From Octopus bimaculoides (lineage: Eukaryota): a stretch of DNA of 64,000 bases. A program made the position numbers and the translations under genes. Shown piece by piece: positions 1-12,161 of the stretch. Every line of letters begins with the position of its first letter. Within the stretch, counting starts at the first letter, position 1. The stretch spans positions 2,050,658 through 2,114,657 of the forward strand of contig NC_068998.1 of assembly GCF_001194135.2 (NCBI RefSeq), in the 5' to 3' direction. The notes below the pieces were generated by a model. It saw only the letters and a program-made list of their open reading frames with translations, made no database searches and was not told the origin of the DNA.

Positions 1-49
1 AGATAAATAACCTTCGAGCAGATAGTCAGCAGCGCCGCCTGGCTAAGGC

Positions 50-110
50 TTGGCTACTCTGCATTGACAAGGGGCAACACCCTGAAACTAGTCTAGTCTG
101 CAGATGCCAA
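50..110 (+). ncRNA. Candidate extended type I hammerhead ribozyme (U3-A8 core variant)
   Basis: Stem I TCTGCA(58-63)/TGCAGA(99-104), extended by TTGGC(50-54)/GCCAA(106-110) across an internal loop; core TTGACAA (64-70); stem II GGGG/CCCT with CAACA loop (71-83); GAAA (84-87); stem III ACTA/TAGT; GTC triplet 96-98. Paired by eye. Confidence 0.6.
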
Positions 111-275
111 ACCAGCAGGGGGACACTGCTGACCTCCCCTGTTCGAAGGTTATAAAGGACACAGGTTTCGTGTGTCACATAGCTAGCTAGAGGCGATGGC
201 TTCTTGGAGCTAATTCACGGCAGCTTTCGTCCTAATTTTGGGACTGCCATGTTGGCTTGGCGATAACTATTAATT

Positions 276-307
<32 letters not shown>

Positions 308-313
308 CACATA

Positions 314-360
314 CAATGGCTGATGACTAGCATCGGGCTTGAAACTCAAGTGTACCAATG
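314..360 (+). ncRNA. Candidate degenerate type I hammerhead ribozyme
   Basis: CTGATGA 320-326, weak stem II AGC/GCT, GAAAC 341-345, GTA triplet 352-354, stem I CAATGG(314-319)/CCAATG(355-360) with one mismatch. Confidence 0.45.
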
Positions 361-578
361 AATTTGAATATACCACCGGCATTGCCCAAATGACCTGAAC
401 TCAGGGAATACCTGATAAGCCGCCCATACCTGGATACCACTCACTCAACAAGAACTCCCTACTTGAATGGACCATAATACCACAAGACTTGACTTAAAAA
501 GGAATTAGATAATCCTATCAGGCGGTGCTGTTAAGTTAGACATGACCTGGAACAATCTTTGGTTGAAACATATCTAAG

Positions 579-626
<48 letters not shown>

Positions 627-927
627 TAAAATGAGGATTGAAATAGAATCGGGTACTTGAGAAGGTATGTACTAGGTGGGGGTTGGGTAATCTCTGTGGT
701 TCTGGCCTACGGTTGGTATCAGATACGATATTCTGGTTGTGTACACAGAGAAAAACCAATCCTATGAGTATTTAGAGCCTAGGGGCTGGTCCAAATCACG
801 CGTTACTTTGAATAGTACATCGTTGGTATACTCTAGGGTGTCCGACAAGTCATAAATCCCCTTGGTGCATTATAATCAAATGAGAGCTGTCCATTGTATT
901 TGATTATATACACACATATATATATAT

Positions 928-1086
928 ATGATGAGCTTCTTTTGGCTTTTGTCAACCAAATCCACTCCCATGGCTTTGGTTGGCCCAAGACCATTGTAGG
1001 AGACACTCAACCAAGGTGCCACACAGTAGGACTGAACTTGGAACCATGTGGTTGGGAAGCAAACTTCTTGCCACACCTGTGCCTGT
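928..1086 (-). mobile_element. tRNA-headed SINE family A, 5' half
   Basis: Similar to the copies at about 2160-2310, 23205-23365, 52815-52970 and 62025-62165; A/B-box-like head on the minus strand. Confidence 0.75.
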
Positions 1087-1925
1087 AATTGAACATGTAT
1101 ATATATTAGTTGTTGTGTGGGTGGCTTAGAATAGAAATGTGCAGTTGTGATTGTGAGTGCATATTTGTACATGCAGTCATGATTGTGTGTGTGTGTGTGT
1201 GTGTGTGCATTAAAGTCTGCTTAAGATATGTATGCGTGCACACGATTGTGTGTGTGTGTGTGTGTGTGTGTAAGCAAATGAGACGGGGAGGAGCTGGTGA
1301 ATGTAAACAGTGATAATGAAACATGTGGAGGGGTGGAGGGAGAGGTTGGAGGTTGCTGGTAACATGGAGATACAGAGATTAGTCTGTCAGCTGCTGTGTA
1401 TCACATGACCAAATGGAAAGCGTAAATGATACATTTCTTGTGGTTAAGAGACACGAAACCCTAAACCAATTATTTTAGGTGATTAATTTCTTTTGTAGTA
1501 GATGTGAGCCGTGATTGAGAACGTGGAGTCTCATGCGAATACTTCCTTTCCTGTTTGCTTTGTTAATTATATATCCATCTTACAAGGATATATAAAAGAA
1601 AGAAACAAAACAATAAAACTAAAACTACTGACCTATCCCATACCTACCTACCTACCAAAAAGGACACACCTAAATATCCACACCTGCTTACAAAATTCTA
1701 AAGAATAACACTGCCCCAAATTCAATAAAAATTTCTCCAAAGCACCTCTCCTTAACAATCTACCCTAAAACCTAATTACTGCTCCACTCAAACCTACTGA
1801 CTGAAACTTTGAGGTTACTGTCGATAATATTCATCATCATCATCATCATCATCATCATGTAATGGATACTTCTATCCCTTAGACAGTTATTTTAACCTCT
1901 AACTCAGCAAACCTTATATATAGTT

Positions 1926-2310
1926 TTTATTCTTTTCTTCTTTTACTTGTTTCAGTCATTTGACTGCGGCCATGTTGGAGCACTGCTTTAGTCAAACAAA
2001 TTGCATATTCTTTGTAAGCCTAGTACTTATTCTATCGTTCTCTTTTTGCCAAACCACTAAGTTACGAGGACATAAACACACCAGCATTGGTTGTCAAGCG
2101 ATGGTGGGGGCACAAACACAGACGCACACACAAATATAGACATAAATTATATATATATTACGATGGGCTTCTTCTAGTTTCCGTTTATCAAATTCACTCA
2201 CAAGTCTTTGGTCAGCCCAAGGCTATAATAAAAGACAGTTACCCAAGGTCCCACGCAGTTGGACTGAACCTGGAACCATGTTGTTAGGAAGCAAGTTTCT
2301 TACCACACAC
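1926..2310 (-). mobile_element. SINE family A, full-length (tRNA head - internal microsatellite - 3' half)
   Basis: Same bipartite layout as 23205-23600, 28340-28665 and 51075-51450; 3' half carries CAGCATGGCCGCAGTCAAATGACTGAAAC-like sequence. Confidence 0.8.
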
Positions 2311-2321
2311 ACATACAACCA

Positions 2322-2375
<54 letters not shown>

Positions 2376-3239
2376 NNNNNNNNNNACACCTGTGTGTATA
2401 TGCATACATAAATATATAGGTGTATGTGTGTATGTATATTCACTATGTATATTCACTTGTGCATACAGCCCCCCCCCACACACACACACACATAAATAGT
2501 TAAAAAATTAGGCTGATGAGGAGAGTGGAAAGCAGTTAAAGTAGTTTCGATTGTTATTGATGTGACTAAATCATTCTTCAATTGATGCTACAGACATGTC
2601 TGCTGCTGCTGCTACCGTATTACCATTGTTTGTCACGAGCGATGCTGAATTGTTCTGCTACAGAATTTATAGACTAATCTCTCTTATCAGGTTGTCTGCA
2701 AACTCTGCTAACATTGGCAGTTCTTCCATTGCACATCTGTTGTCACCCATCATCATTATCATCATCATCATCATCTGTCATCACTCAACGCTTCAAAACT
2801 GCAAGCTAATGTGGGAGCCTCTATATAGTAACTCAAATTTCCTAGAAATAGCAGTGAAATTACCCTAAAATTGTATCCTACGTCTTGGCCTTATAAAGCC
2901 TAAATTATTATTCTCCCCCCCCCCCTTGTTTTAGTTATTGAACTGCATTCATGCTGGGGCACCACCTTGATGGGTTCATTTAAAGAAAATTGACCCCAGT
3001 GCTTACATTTTAGGTCTGGAACTTATTTTATTGGTCCCTTTTACCAAACTGCTAAGTTATTGGGATGTAAACAAAGTAACACCAGACAATAAACACACAG
3101 GCACAATAATGTGATAGGTGTGGGGTTTGTTAATGGGAATCGTTAAAATGGGTGATTGAATGGGAGGGATTAAATAGGGAAAGATCCAATGCATGGCCAT
3201 CTCTTGTGACACATGCGGTGAGGCAAGAACAAAGTAAGA

Positions 3240-3535
3240 ACAGAGCGTGATCATTGCCAGTGCCACGTGACTGGCTCCCATGCCGGTGGCACGTAAAAGG
3301 CACCATTCAAGCATGGTCGATGCCCGTACTGCCTGACTGGCCCTCGTGCCAGCGGCACGTAAAAAGCACCCACTACATTCTCGGAGTGGTTGGCGCTAGG
3401 AAGGGCATCCAGCTGTAGAAACTTTGCCAGATCAGAGTGGAGCCCGGCACAGCCTCCGGACTCTCCAGACCTCAGTCAAATCATCCAACCCATGCCAGCA
3501 TGGAAAGCAGACGTTAAACGACGATGATGATGATG
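3240..3535 (+). mobile_element. RTE-LINE-derived 3' tail ending in (GAT)n
   Basis: Matches the 3' UTR of the RTE relic at 50345-51050, including its tandem units; ends CATGCCAGCATGGAAAG...CGTTAAACGACGATGATG. Related tails at about 5925-6020, 6820-7000, 20935-21200, 26905-27165, 40420-40610 and 44640-44860. Confidence 0.75.
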
Positions 3536-4714
3536 AATGTGAATAAATAAGAATTACATTTGACAGAGTATGGCTGAATGTTGAAGGGTTAATAAATATT
3601 AAAAAAATCCTTCACTTGATGTCTAATTAATCTTCAGTGATAGGCACATACGGCCATATATTTGAGGTGGGGAGTGGGAAGCATGGTTGATTACAGCACC
3701 CTAGCAGTTGGCTGTTATTTTATCACATTAACCCCAGTTGGGTGAAAGGCAAAGGTAACCTTGGTAGGATTTGAACTCGAAATGTAAAGAGCTAGAACTA
3801 ATACTGCCAGGCATTTTTTCTAATACTATACAATTCAATCCAGCAATTATAAAGAAAGGAGCAAATCAATTACATCAACCCCAGTATTCAACTGGTACTT
3901 ATGTTATCAACTCTAAAAGGATAAAAGGCAGAGTTGACCTTGGTAGAATTTGAACTCAGAGTGTAAAGAACTTGAGGAAATGCCAGTCAGCATTTTGGTC
4001 AGTGCGCTAACCATTTTGCCATTTCACCACCTTTTAATAATCATAATAATTTCTTAGCTTGGCATAACACCAGAAAGGAATCTCTGTTAAGTGGTTGGTG
4101 TGGTGTAGTGGAAGGTTGGACAGGATAGATAAGTAAACAGATCGATAGAGATAACAAGTGGATTATGTCGTAGTTATTTTGTGAATAGCAATGATTTCCC
4201 CCCCCCCCACTCCTCTTTTGATAAAGATAACTATGACAAACAAAAATGAATACCAAACACATAACTTATTATTCCTTTGATATTGTTTCACCAAACCATT
4301 GTTCTTTGACAACCACTTGCCATGTATATAGTCTGTATAGTCTCCTTGTCTGTCTGCCTGTCTCAAAACAATATCAAGTTTTGTTTGTCTGTAGCAGCAG
4401 GTCTCAAATCGCTTTGACTTCACGACAGGCACATATGAGATTGAATAAATAAAAAAAAATTTTTTAATCTAGAAATTACTGAGGAGCTTCTTCACGTGAA
4501 GTGTCCCTTTTAACAGGGACAAAACCCAGATTCTAAATGATGGATGATGATGGTATTCACAGATATATCTAAAGTCATTGGACAAAGAAAGCCTGAGAAC
4601 GCATAAGATGCCACTCAGAGGAACTGGAAAGTTGCCAAAGTAATAAGTTTGCAAAAGTGATGGGATGTGTGCTAATCTTTGGCCGAGATTAGCTTAGATG
4701 TACGCATGTGTGAA

Positions 4715-4960
4715 GATATGTGGCCTTGTGGTTAGGGTGTAGCATTTGCAGTTGTTTAATTGTGGGTTCAAAACCTGGACCAGCAGCATGTTGTGTTCTT
4801 GAGCAGAAGGCTACAGTCCACTCAGCTGTCAATGTGTAACCCTGTGATGGAATGGCCTTCCAAATCAGGGGAAATGTTGGCCAGTGGGGTGGCACCATTC
4901 GAATGCTAAAATGATGCAAAGCACATTGTAACCAGTGATAATCTGGTTGACTGCATGATA
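4715..4960 (+). mobile_element. tRNA-headed SINE family E (degenerate)
   Basis: A-box/B-box-like head (GTGGCCTTGTGGTTAG...GGGTTCAAAACC) followed by a CAGTCCACTCAGCTG body; related copy at about 44410-44590. Confidence 0.5.
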
Positions 4961-7191
4961 TATGTACACACACTCAGAGTCATGGCAGCTGTATAGTTAA
5001 AAGGTTCATTCCTCAACCATAGGGTCCCAGGTTCAGTCTCACTGCATGCCACCTTGTGTAAATGTCTTCTTTAAACCTGGTCTTTTGAGTGGTTTTAGTT
5101 GATAGAAACCTACCGTTTCTGTAGGTAGATGTGTGTATATATGGGTTGTGATAACATGGTCAATTATATGTGGTGAGTGTTTAGTAATTAATTTTGTAGA
5201 TAGATAAACCATACCTGTGTATATTTATATAAACCATGTCTTTGTATGTTATGTAAATTCTGTAGATCATGTCTATGCATATTTTATTATGTAAATAATG
5301 TGTATGTATGATCATTATATAAATCATATCTGTGTATATTTTCTTACATAAAACCGTGTGTGTGTGTGTGCATAGCTATTGTATAGCTCATGTCCTATCA
5401 AAATAAGATATTATTAACTGACCTCGGTTGCAGCCATAAAAGACAGTCTTGCATCTTTCTGATTATTTGTCTGGCCTAGAAAGATAAGTGATTCAGAGAA
5501 GGTTTGACAGAAAATATCCAGTTGCTTTGGGTTTTATTTTCTCCTCAACTTGCTCTAGGATGTTAAGCTTATCAGTTTTTCTGTTTAGTTACAACATATA
5601 AAAAGAGGATTACTTTTGTTGTGTAAGATTCTGTCTTTGATAAAGGAAGAACTCTGCTCAAGTAAGCACTTCTCATTCCTCATAACTTACCATCTTTTGT
5701 CAACTCATTTTTACATTGTCAATCGAACGTCCTATCTTCTTTCATTCCTAGTAAATACATTCTGTTTGTTGGTGCCAACAAACTAAATATGGCTTGTTCT
5801 AGGATCAAGGAGAAAGAAGCAGAAACCACTTGCTTTATTGATATTTCTATCCATTTCCACAGAAGCCAATATTGATAATGGGTCACCCCTAAAGTTTCAT
5901 TTTCACCATATATATATATTGGAGCCTAGTGCAGCCCAATGGCTTGACAGACCTCAGTCAAACCGTCCAACCCATGCCAGCATGGAAAATGGATGTTAAA
6001 CGATGATGATGATGATAATGATATATATCCCCAAATTCCTTGCATTGTCTTGTTCTGCAAGATTTTCACCAATGTTCCCATAGATTTTACCTATCTAGGT
6101 TGAACCAACACAAAGGACCACTCAGATTTTCCCCTATTTTGTACACCAGGTACGAATCACTAAGAACTTTCACTCTCTGAAATCTCTTGGTTTTCTGCTG
6201 AATTTATATATTTCTATATTCTCTTATCGATATATATGCTAAACATGACTTAATACCTTGTAACTACCTGTTTGTGTCTTATTCTGTTATACCCCCTCCA
6301 CACTCACACACAGCTTAAACAGACGATATATATATCGGAGTGAGGTGAACCTTATATCAGCAGTGGTTTGTATTTTGGCCTTCATGGGCCTTGTCAGTGG
6401 TGTGTACTTGCTTGTCACATGCCTAAACGAAATTTATCTGCTCCAATTTTTACCATTTTTAAAATACATTCTCCAGGTTGGAAAAAATGTTGGGTTAACA
6501 AAATTTGCCTGGAAAAGAGTGTAGTGGTTGTGGGAAAATGTGGGGCAACAAACCATTGTTCCTTTTGATGGTTGGATAGCTTCCTGTTGACCTAAATCTA
6601 TCCATTTATTGTCAGAAACTGTTCAAGTGTCTTTATTCTGACTCCCCTGAATGGGTTATCCACTTCTTAATCCTCTGCTTCTCCTGTGTATCCAGTATCA
6701 TACGCTGGACATATTTCCCTGACATTCATACATCATATTGATCCCCACCCTTTTTTTTTTTTGTGCAACCAGTAGAGTAACTTAGGATTTATGAAAGGAA
6801 AGCATTATATTACTCAGAATGGTGACATGTGAAAGGCAACCACTACACTCTTGGAGTAGTTGGCATTAGGAAGGGCATCCAGCCATGGAGCCTGGTACAG
6901 CTGCCCAGCTTGCCAATCCCAAACTATCTAACCCATACTAGCATAGAAAACAGACACTAAATGATGACGACGATGACGACAACGACAATGATGATGATGA
7001 TATAAAAGAAAGGCTAACGAAAAGCATGGATGTTAAGGACAAACTTATGAAAATGCTTTGGACAGGCAAAGGGTCAATCTGTCACTGTTACCAGAATAAC
7101 TCTTTTAATTCTTGTGTGTTTCTACTTTCAGTTATCAGAGACCCAGTGACAAGTTCTTACTCCTCTCAGTGATGTACATGCGTTGTTTGAC

Positions 7192-7365
7192 ATGAGCACG
7201 AAGGTGACAGAGGCTTCAACTGTTGACCTCTTAAACCGTCCAGAAATCCAGCTGGTGGCCACATCAATGGGTGGCACAGACAAAGGTCAACAACGAAGCC
7301 CTCCCCTGCCGAATTCTGTTGATGTGGAGGAACCATATCACCATGAACTTGCCATTAACAACAAG
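7192..7365 (+). CDS. SLC25A42: Mitochondrial coenzyme A transporter, coding exon 1 (MSTKV...INNK)
   Basis: ATG 7192 with upstream in-frame TGA at 7147; donor AAG|GTAAG at 7366; phase 0 joins exon 2 in frame. This N-terminal exon shows no recognisable homology, so it is the least certain. Confidence 0.7.
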
Positions 7366-7920
7366 GTAAGACATTCTTTTGTATTCTCTTAGCATTTTTC
7401 TTCTCTTGATAACCATCAACTTATGTTGTTGGTGTTGTTGTTGTTGTTTAGCATCAAGTCAAACCTAATCAAAAGCTTCCTAACCGAGATGACTCTGACT
7501 TCTAGAAGTGAATGTAGGACTGTATTAATTAATGTCGTTATCTTAAGAAAGAAGGGTATGATTTGAGGAAGATTTGGCTGCTATTTCCAGCAGGTCATAC
7601 AGCTGTAGAGACTCTTGCTGGTACTGATGGGGGTGATGATGATGATGATGATGGTGGTGGTAAGGACGCCTGTGATGCTGTGAATGACGATTGGTGATTG
7701 GTGATTCGTTGGTGATAATTGTGATGGTAATGTTCATTGATGGCATTGGTGGTAATGATGATGATGTTGGTGCTGGCAATGATGCTGGGGGTTACAGTGG
7801 TTAGATTATACCACAATTATCAACATTGTTTTGTCTTTACGGTGGGAATGGGTGACTTTGGTGTTTATGATGATGATGATGATGATGATGACTCTGAAAT
7901 CTAATGTTTTACTGTTTCAG

Positions 7921-8029
7921 ATATCGAACAAGAATAAAATTATTACATCATTGATTGCGGGTGCCTTGGCCGGGGCATTGGCCAAAACAGCTATTGCTCC
8001 CCTCGACAGGACGAAAATCAACTTCCAAA
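7921..8029 (+). CDS. SLC25A42: SLC25A42 coding exon 2 ([36 protein letters not shown])
   Basis: TTTCAG acceptor, GTACGT donor; first carrier signature PLDRTK. Confidence 0.93.
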
Positions 8030-8952
8030 GTACGTCTTTGAATCCTTTCTTCCTGGCCCTTCCCCTTCTAGTTTGTTTTTATGTTCAACAGTTTGATATT
8101 TCAAAATATATTTTGAGAACATAAAAGTTGAAGAGTTAAGGAAGATAGAAACCTGACCATTTTGATGTCCAGTTTTTCTACACTGGCAGGGGCTGGAGGG
8201 AGGCATTTGGTGGTGATTGTGTGTGTGTGTGTGTGTGTATATAGTGGGGCAGTGTTTCATGGCCAGGGTCACTTCCTGATGCCTACCTTTTTTAGGTCCT
8301 TTTATAACATGCAGTGTTTCTTCCAAATTGTCCTGAGATAGCATCCCTCATGAATGGGCTGCGTTAAAAATACAATAAATATTAGAAAGACAAAAATTTG
8401 TGCTACCAGTGGCCAGTGAGAGCCCCAGATGCATTTTGGCCTTTTTAGGCTTTTTTAATGGCACATACATACAACCAGCCATATACCCGAATGAAAATTT
8501 GTTGCCTCTGATATAGGAAAAAGGAATAAAACATTTACTGATGTTGCAAATAGCTGCTCTGCTGAATAAAAATCTGCTATTCACAACTGAGGCATTTTAA
8601 AATTAAAATAGCCATCTATGTATCATACTCAATGTATACACACTGTCATACCCAATGATTGGCATTACAATATCATCATAAACTGTATACATATTCTTGA
8701 GTGACTACTTTGTACGTTATTTTGCAATATATATATATATATATATATATATAGTTTTAGGGAAAATAACCAATTTTCAAGAACTCATCGATGAAAATCC
8801 ACTATCACATATAGAAAAATTAATAATTAAAAGCACAATAAATGAGTATAATATAAAGTAAAGTAAGACTCAATTTAATTTTAATTTTTTATAAATTGAT
8901 TTTAATTGAGTTTTTTACCTGTAATTTTGGATTTTGTCCCTAATATTATTAT

Positions 8953-8983
<31 letters not shown>

Positions 8984-9381
8984 AATAATAAAATGTAACA
9001 AAAGAAAGCGACCTTGATGTTAGAGAAATAGAGGATTGTTTATATATGTTACAATTTAGAACAAACAGTAAAAGGTTGTCATTATAGTACTCAGAGTTTT
9101 GAATGTCAGAGCTATGATACGTTCTTGTTGGCTGTCAATGGCAACAGACGCTATGAAAAAAAAACTGTTAAATAGAAGGGAAGTAACTCTAATAGGTGGA
9201 AAAAGAAAAAAGATAAAAAATATATGCAACCATATTCTCACAATACATAGACTTAAACCTCCTGCGTTCACGTCTACATACATACACACATACACACAAA
9301 CATAATTGTATGAACATACTCATTCATACACACATATCCACACACACACACACACACATGTAGATATACATACATACATAC

Positions 9382-9431
<50 letters not shown>

Positions 9432-9786
9432 ATACGCAACCACCTCCTCATATACACATATATTTAGACATTTATACGTATAAATATACGTGTATAAATA
9501 TACGTGTATATATATATGTATATATGATCATTTGCTCCTTTTGATACCAACCTACTCAATACCAATCACATTGATTTCACACCTCTTTAGCCTTGCCTAC
9601 ATCTCTCCCTTTCTGACTATTTAAATTTCAAAATTTCTTTGTATCAATAGCTGACATCATGTTTGTGTGTGATAACAAATTCATTTTTATTTCCTTTCAA
9701 ATAAGAACGTGTGTGTGTGTGTGTGTGTGTACAGGTGTGCAATTGTATTTTTGTTTGCATAATAATTGATTCTTATTCCCCAACAG

Positions 9787-9973
9787 GTAAGAACATAAGG
9801 TTCTCTGCCCGAGAAGCTGTCCGTTTCCTCTATTCCTGCTTCAAACATGAAGGTTTCCTGAGTTTGTGGCGTGGTAACACAGCCACAATGGCTCGGATCA
9901 TCCCTTACGCTTCCATGCAATATGCTGCCCACGAACAGTACAAACAGCTCCTAAATCGAGACAAGAGGAAACG
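9787..9973 (+). CDS. SLC25A42: SLC25A42 coding exon 3 ([16 protein letters not shown]...[26 protein letters not shown]...)
   Basis: CAACAG acceptor, GTAAGT donor, phases 1/2 fit the neighbours; WRGN motif typical of CoA carriers. Confidence 0.93.
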
Positions 9974-10703
9974 GTAAGTAATCACTAAGGTGAAGTTCTA
10001 ACAGTGGATGATCCCAGCATTCATCTTCGTGGGTTTAGGATTAAGGGCTATTCTCTACAATAATTCACCTAGAAACCTACTCCTGTATATAACAACTGTT
10101 TTATCGACCAATCAGAAAGACAAATCTTTTGTCAGTCCTAGCTGGGTCTTGAACACACTCGGTGATAACTTCCAAAGCCTAGTTTGATAAGTGACTTACA
10201 CACATTGTGTTGTGTTTACATACTGAAAATAAACTTAATAAAAACAAGTTGATCACTGATTGTGTCAGCAGTTTGTGTTCCATTTCTTGGCTACAAAATA
10301 CAGCTGTTATCTATGTGTTCCTCTGCCCAACTTATTAATATAATGGTGAATATCTTAAGTTATATTTATCTACTTTCATAATGGGAGACTGTAGAGATAA
10401 AAATCTATTTCTTTACACTTTTAGTCTATTCATATCTTGTCCTGAAGTGCAAAGTCAGTCACGAGTCCTCCACTAATGTCCTTTGTGTTTCACAGTTTAT
10501 ATAAACCCAAATTTACATCTCTGGTTAATGGACTTCATATTGGAGGATTCTGATGAACTTGCTTTAAAATCTGATCTTTCCACATGGGCCTGCCTAACAG
10601 CATATTTTTATTCACAGCTATTAACAGTTCCTTGTTTGTGATGTGTGTTCAATGTATGAGATGGACAAAAGATACCAACTCACATGCATTTATCTGAAGA
10701 TTA

Positions 10704-10748
<45 letters not shown>

Positions 10749-11124
10749 GAATTTGATCACATATAAAACACTTTTCCTTTTTTTCCCTTTCTTTTTTTCA
10801 AAATAAAACCTCAAAAAAAATCACCCCTAATCCTATATGTGAATTTGGACCAATATCATATACTTTAATGTATTAAAAACTGTTTTTCCCGACTATGTTC
10901 TGTTGAAATTGGAGTGCATCTAATATGGCCATGTGTCTCTTATACCTTCAGATATGGTAGTTTGTTGTTATTTTTTCAGCCTCGTTAATCTGTCCATACA
11001 AATATCTCCTTCTGTACTAAATGAGATTGCAATTAACAACACCCAAGATTAGCTAAACCATTTGGTGTGGCAGGAAACACACTCACACACACAAACACAC
11101 GTGCACACACAGTTTCTTATTTAG

Positions 11125-11495
11125 ACACAAGGCCTGCAATTTTTAGTTGATACCATCAACCTCAGTATGTGACTGGTATTTTAATTTATTGACCCACAAA
11201 GGATGAAAGGCAAAGAGCTAGAAGAATGGGAGCAAAGCATTTTCCCCAACATTCTATCAGCAGCAACAACAACAGAAATAATAATAATAATCCTTCCTAC
11301 TCTAGGCACCAGACCTGAAATCTTGGGGGAGGGAGTAAGTCGATTACATTGACCCCCAATGCTCAACTGGTACCTACTTTACTGGCCCAGAAAGGATGGA
11401 AGGCAAAGTCGACCCTGGTGGCATTTGAACTCAGAACATGAAGACAGACAAAATACCGCTAAGCATTTCAGCTGACTTGCTAACGACTCTGCCAG
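11125..11495 (-). mobile_element. Two partial SINE family B copies in SLC25A42 intron 3
   Basis: Reverse complement of the GCCTTTCATCCTTT..GGGTCGAT..AAGTACCAG core seen intact at 32730-32937. Confidence 0.7.
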
Positions 11496-11572
11496 GTTGC
11501 AGTATTAACAATAATGATGATGATGATGATGATGATGATTGTGGTAATGAATTTGTATATTGTATTTTTCAG

Positions 11573-11689
11573 ACATTTGACTCCTGGTAAACGATTTTTA
11601 GCTGGAGCTCTTGCTGGGATGACTGCAGTGGCCTTTACCTACCCCCTGGATATGGTCCGTGCTCGGATGGCAGTCACAGCGAGAGAAAG
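11573..11689 (+). CDS. SLC25A42: SLC25A42 coding exon 4 ([38 protein letters not shown])
   Basis: TTTTCAG acceptor, GTGAGT donor; second signature [11 protein letters not shown]. Not in the ORF track; translated by hand. Confidence 0.93.
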
Positions 11690-12009
11690 GTGAGTGCAAA
11701 CACTCTTCTATCCTCTTTCTTGTTTCAGTCATTGGACTGGCCATACTGGGGCACCACCTTAATATTTGGTGTGAATGTGTGTGTGTGTGTGTGTGTGTTT
11801 GTTTGCATGTTTATGTGATATCTCTATCTATTTCCTCTCTATCTATTTCTATCTCTCTCTCTCTCTCTGTCTATCTATCTATTTCTGTCTATCTATCTCT
11901 CTCTCTCTCTTTTTCTCTCTATCTATTTCTATCTCTATCTATCTACCTCTCTGTCTGTCCGTCTTCATGTATGTATATGTATTGAATTTTGAATCTTTCA
12001 TGACTGCAG

Positions 12010-12161
12010 GTATCACAACTTACCAGAAGTGGTTGTAAAAATTTACCGTGAAGAAGGTTTACGAACATTATATCGAGGATTTTCACCAACAATGCTGGGT
12101 AGCATACCGTATTCTGGGACTGGTTTCTTTACCTATGAGTCACTCAAGAAACTTCATGCTG
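12010..12161 (+). CDS. SLC25A42: SLC25A42 coding exon 5 ([50 protein letters not shown])
   Basis: TGCAG acceptor, GTAAGT donor, phases 2/1. Confidence 0.93.

Noticed and set aside
2513-2575. CTGATGAG...GAAAG on plus and TTGAAGA...GAAAC on minus as hammerheads
   Set aside because: No stem II on plus; no valid stem III, cleavage triplet or stem I on minus.
5670-6760. Possible LINE C-terminal relics on the minus strand
   Set aside because: Too degenerate to assign by eye; needs a Dfam or BLASTx search.
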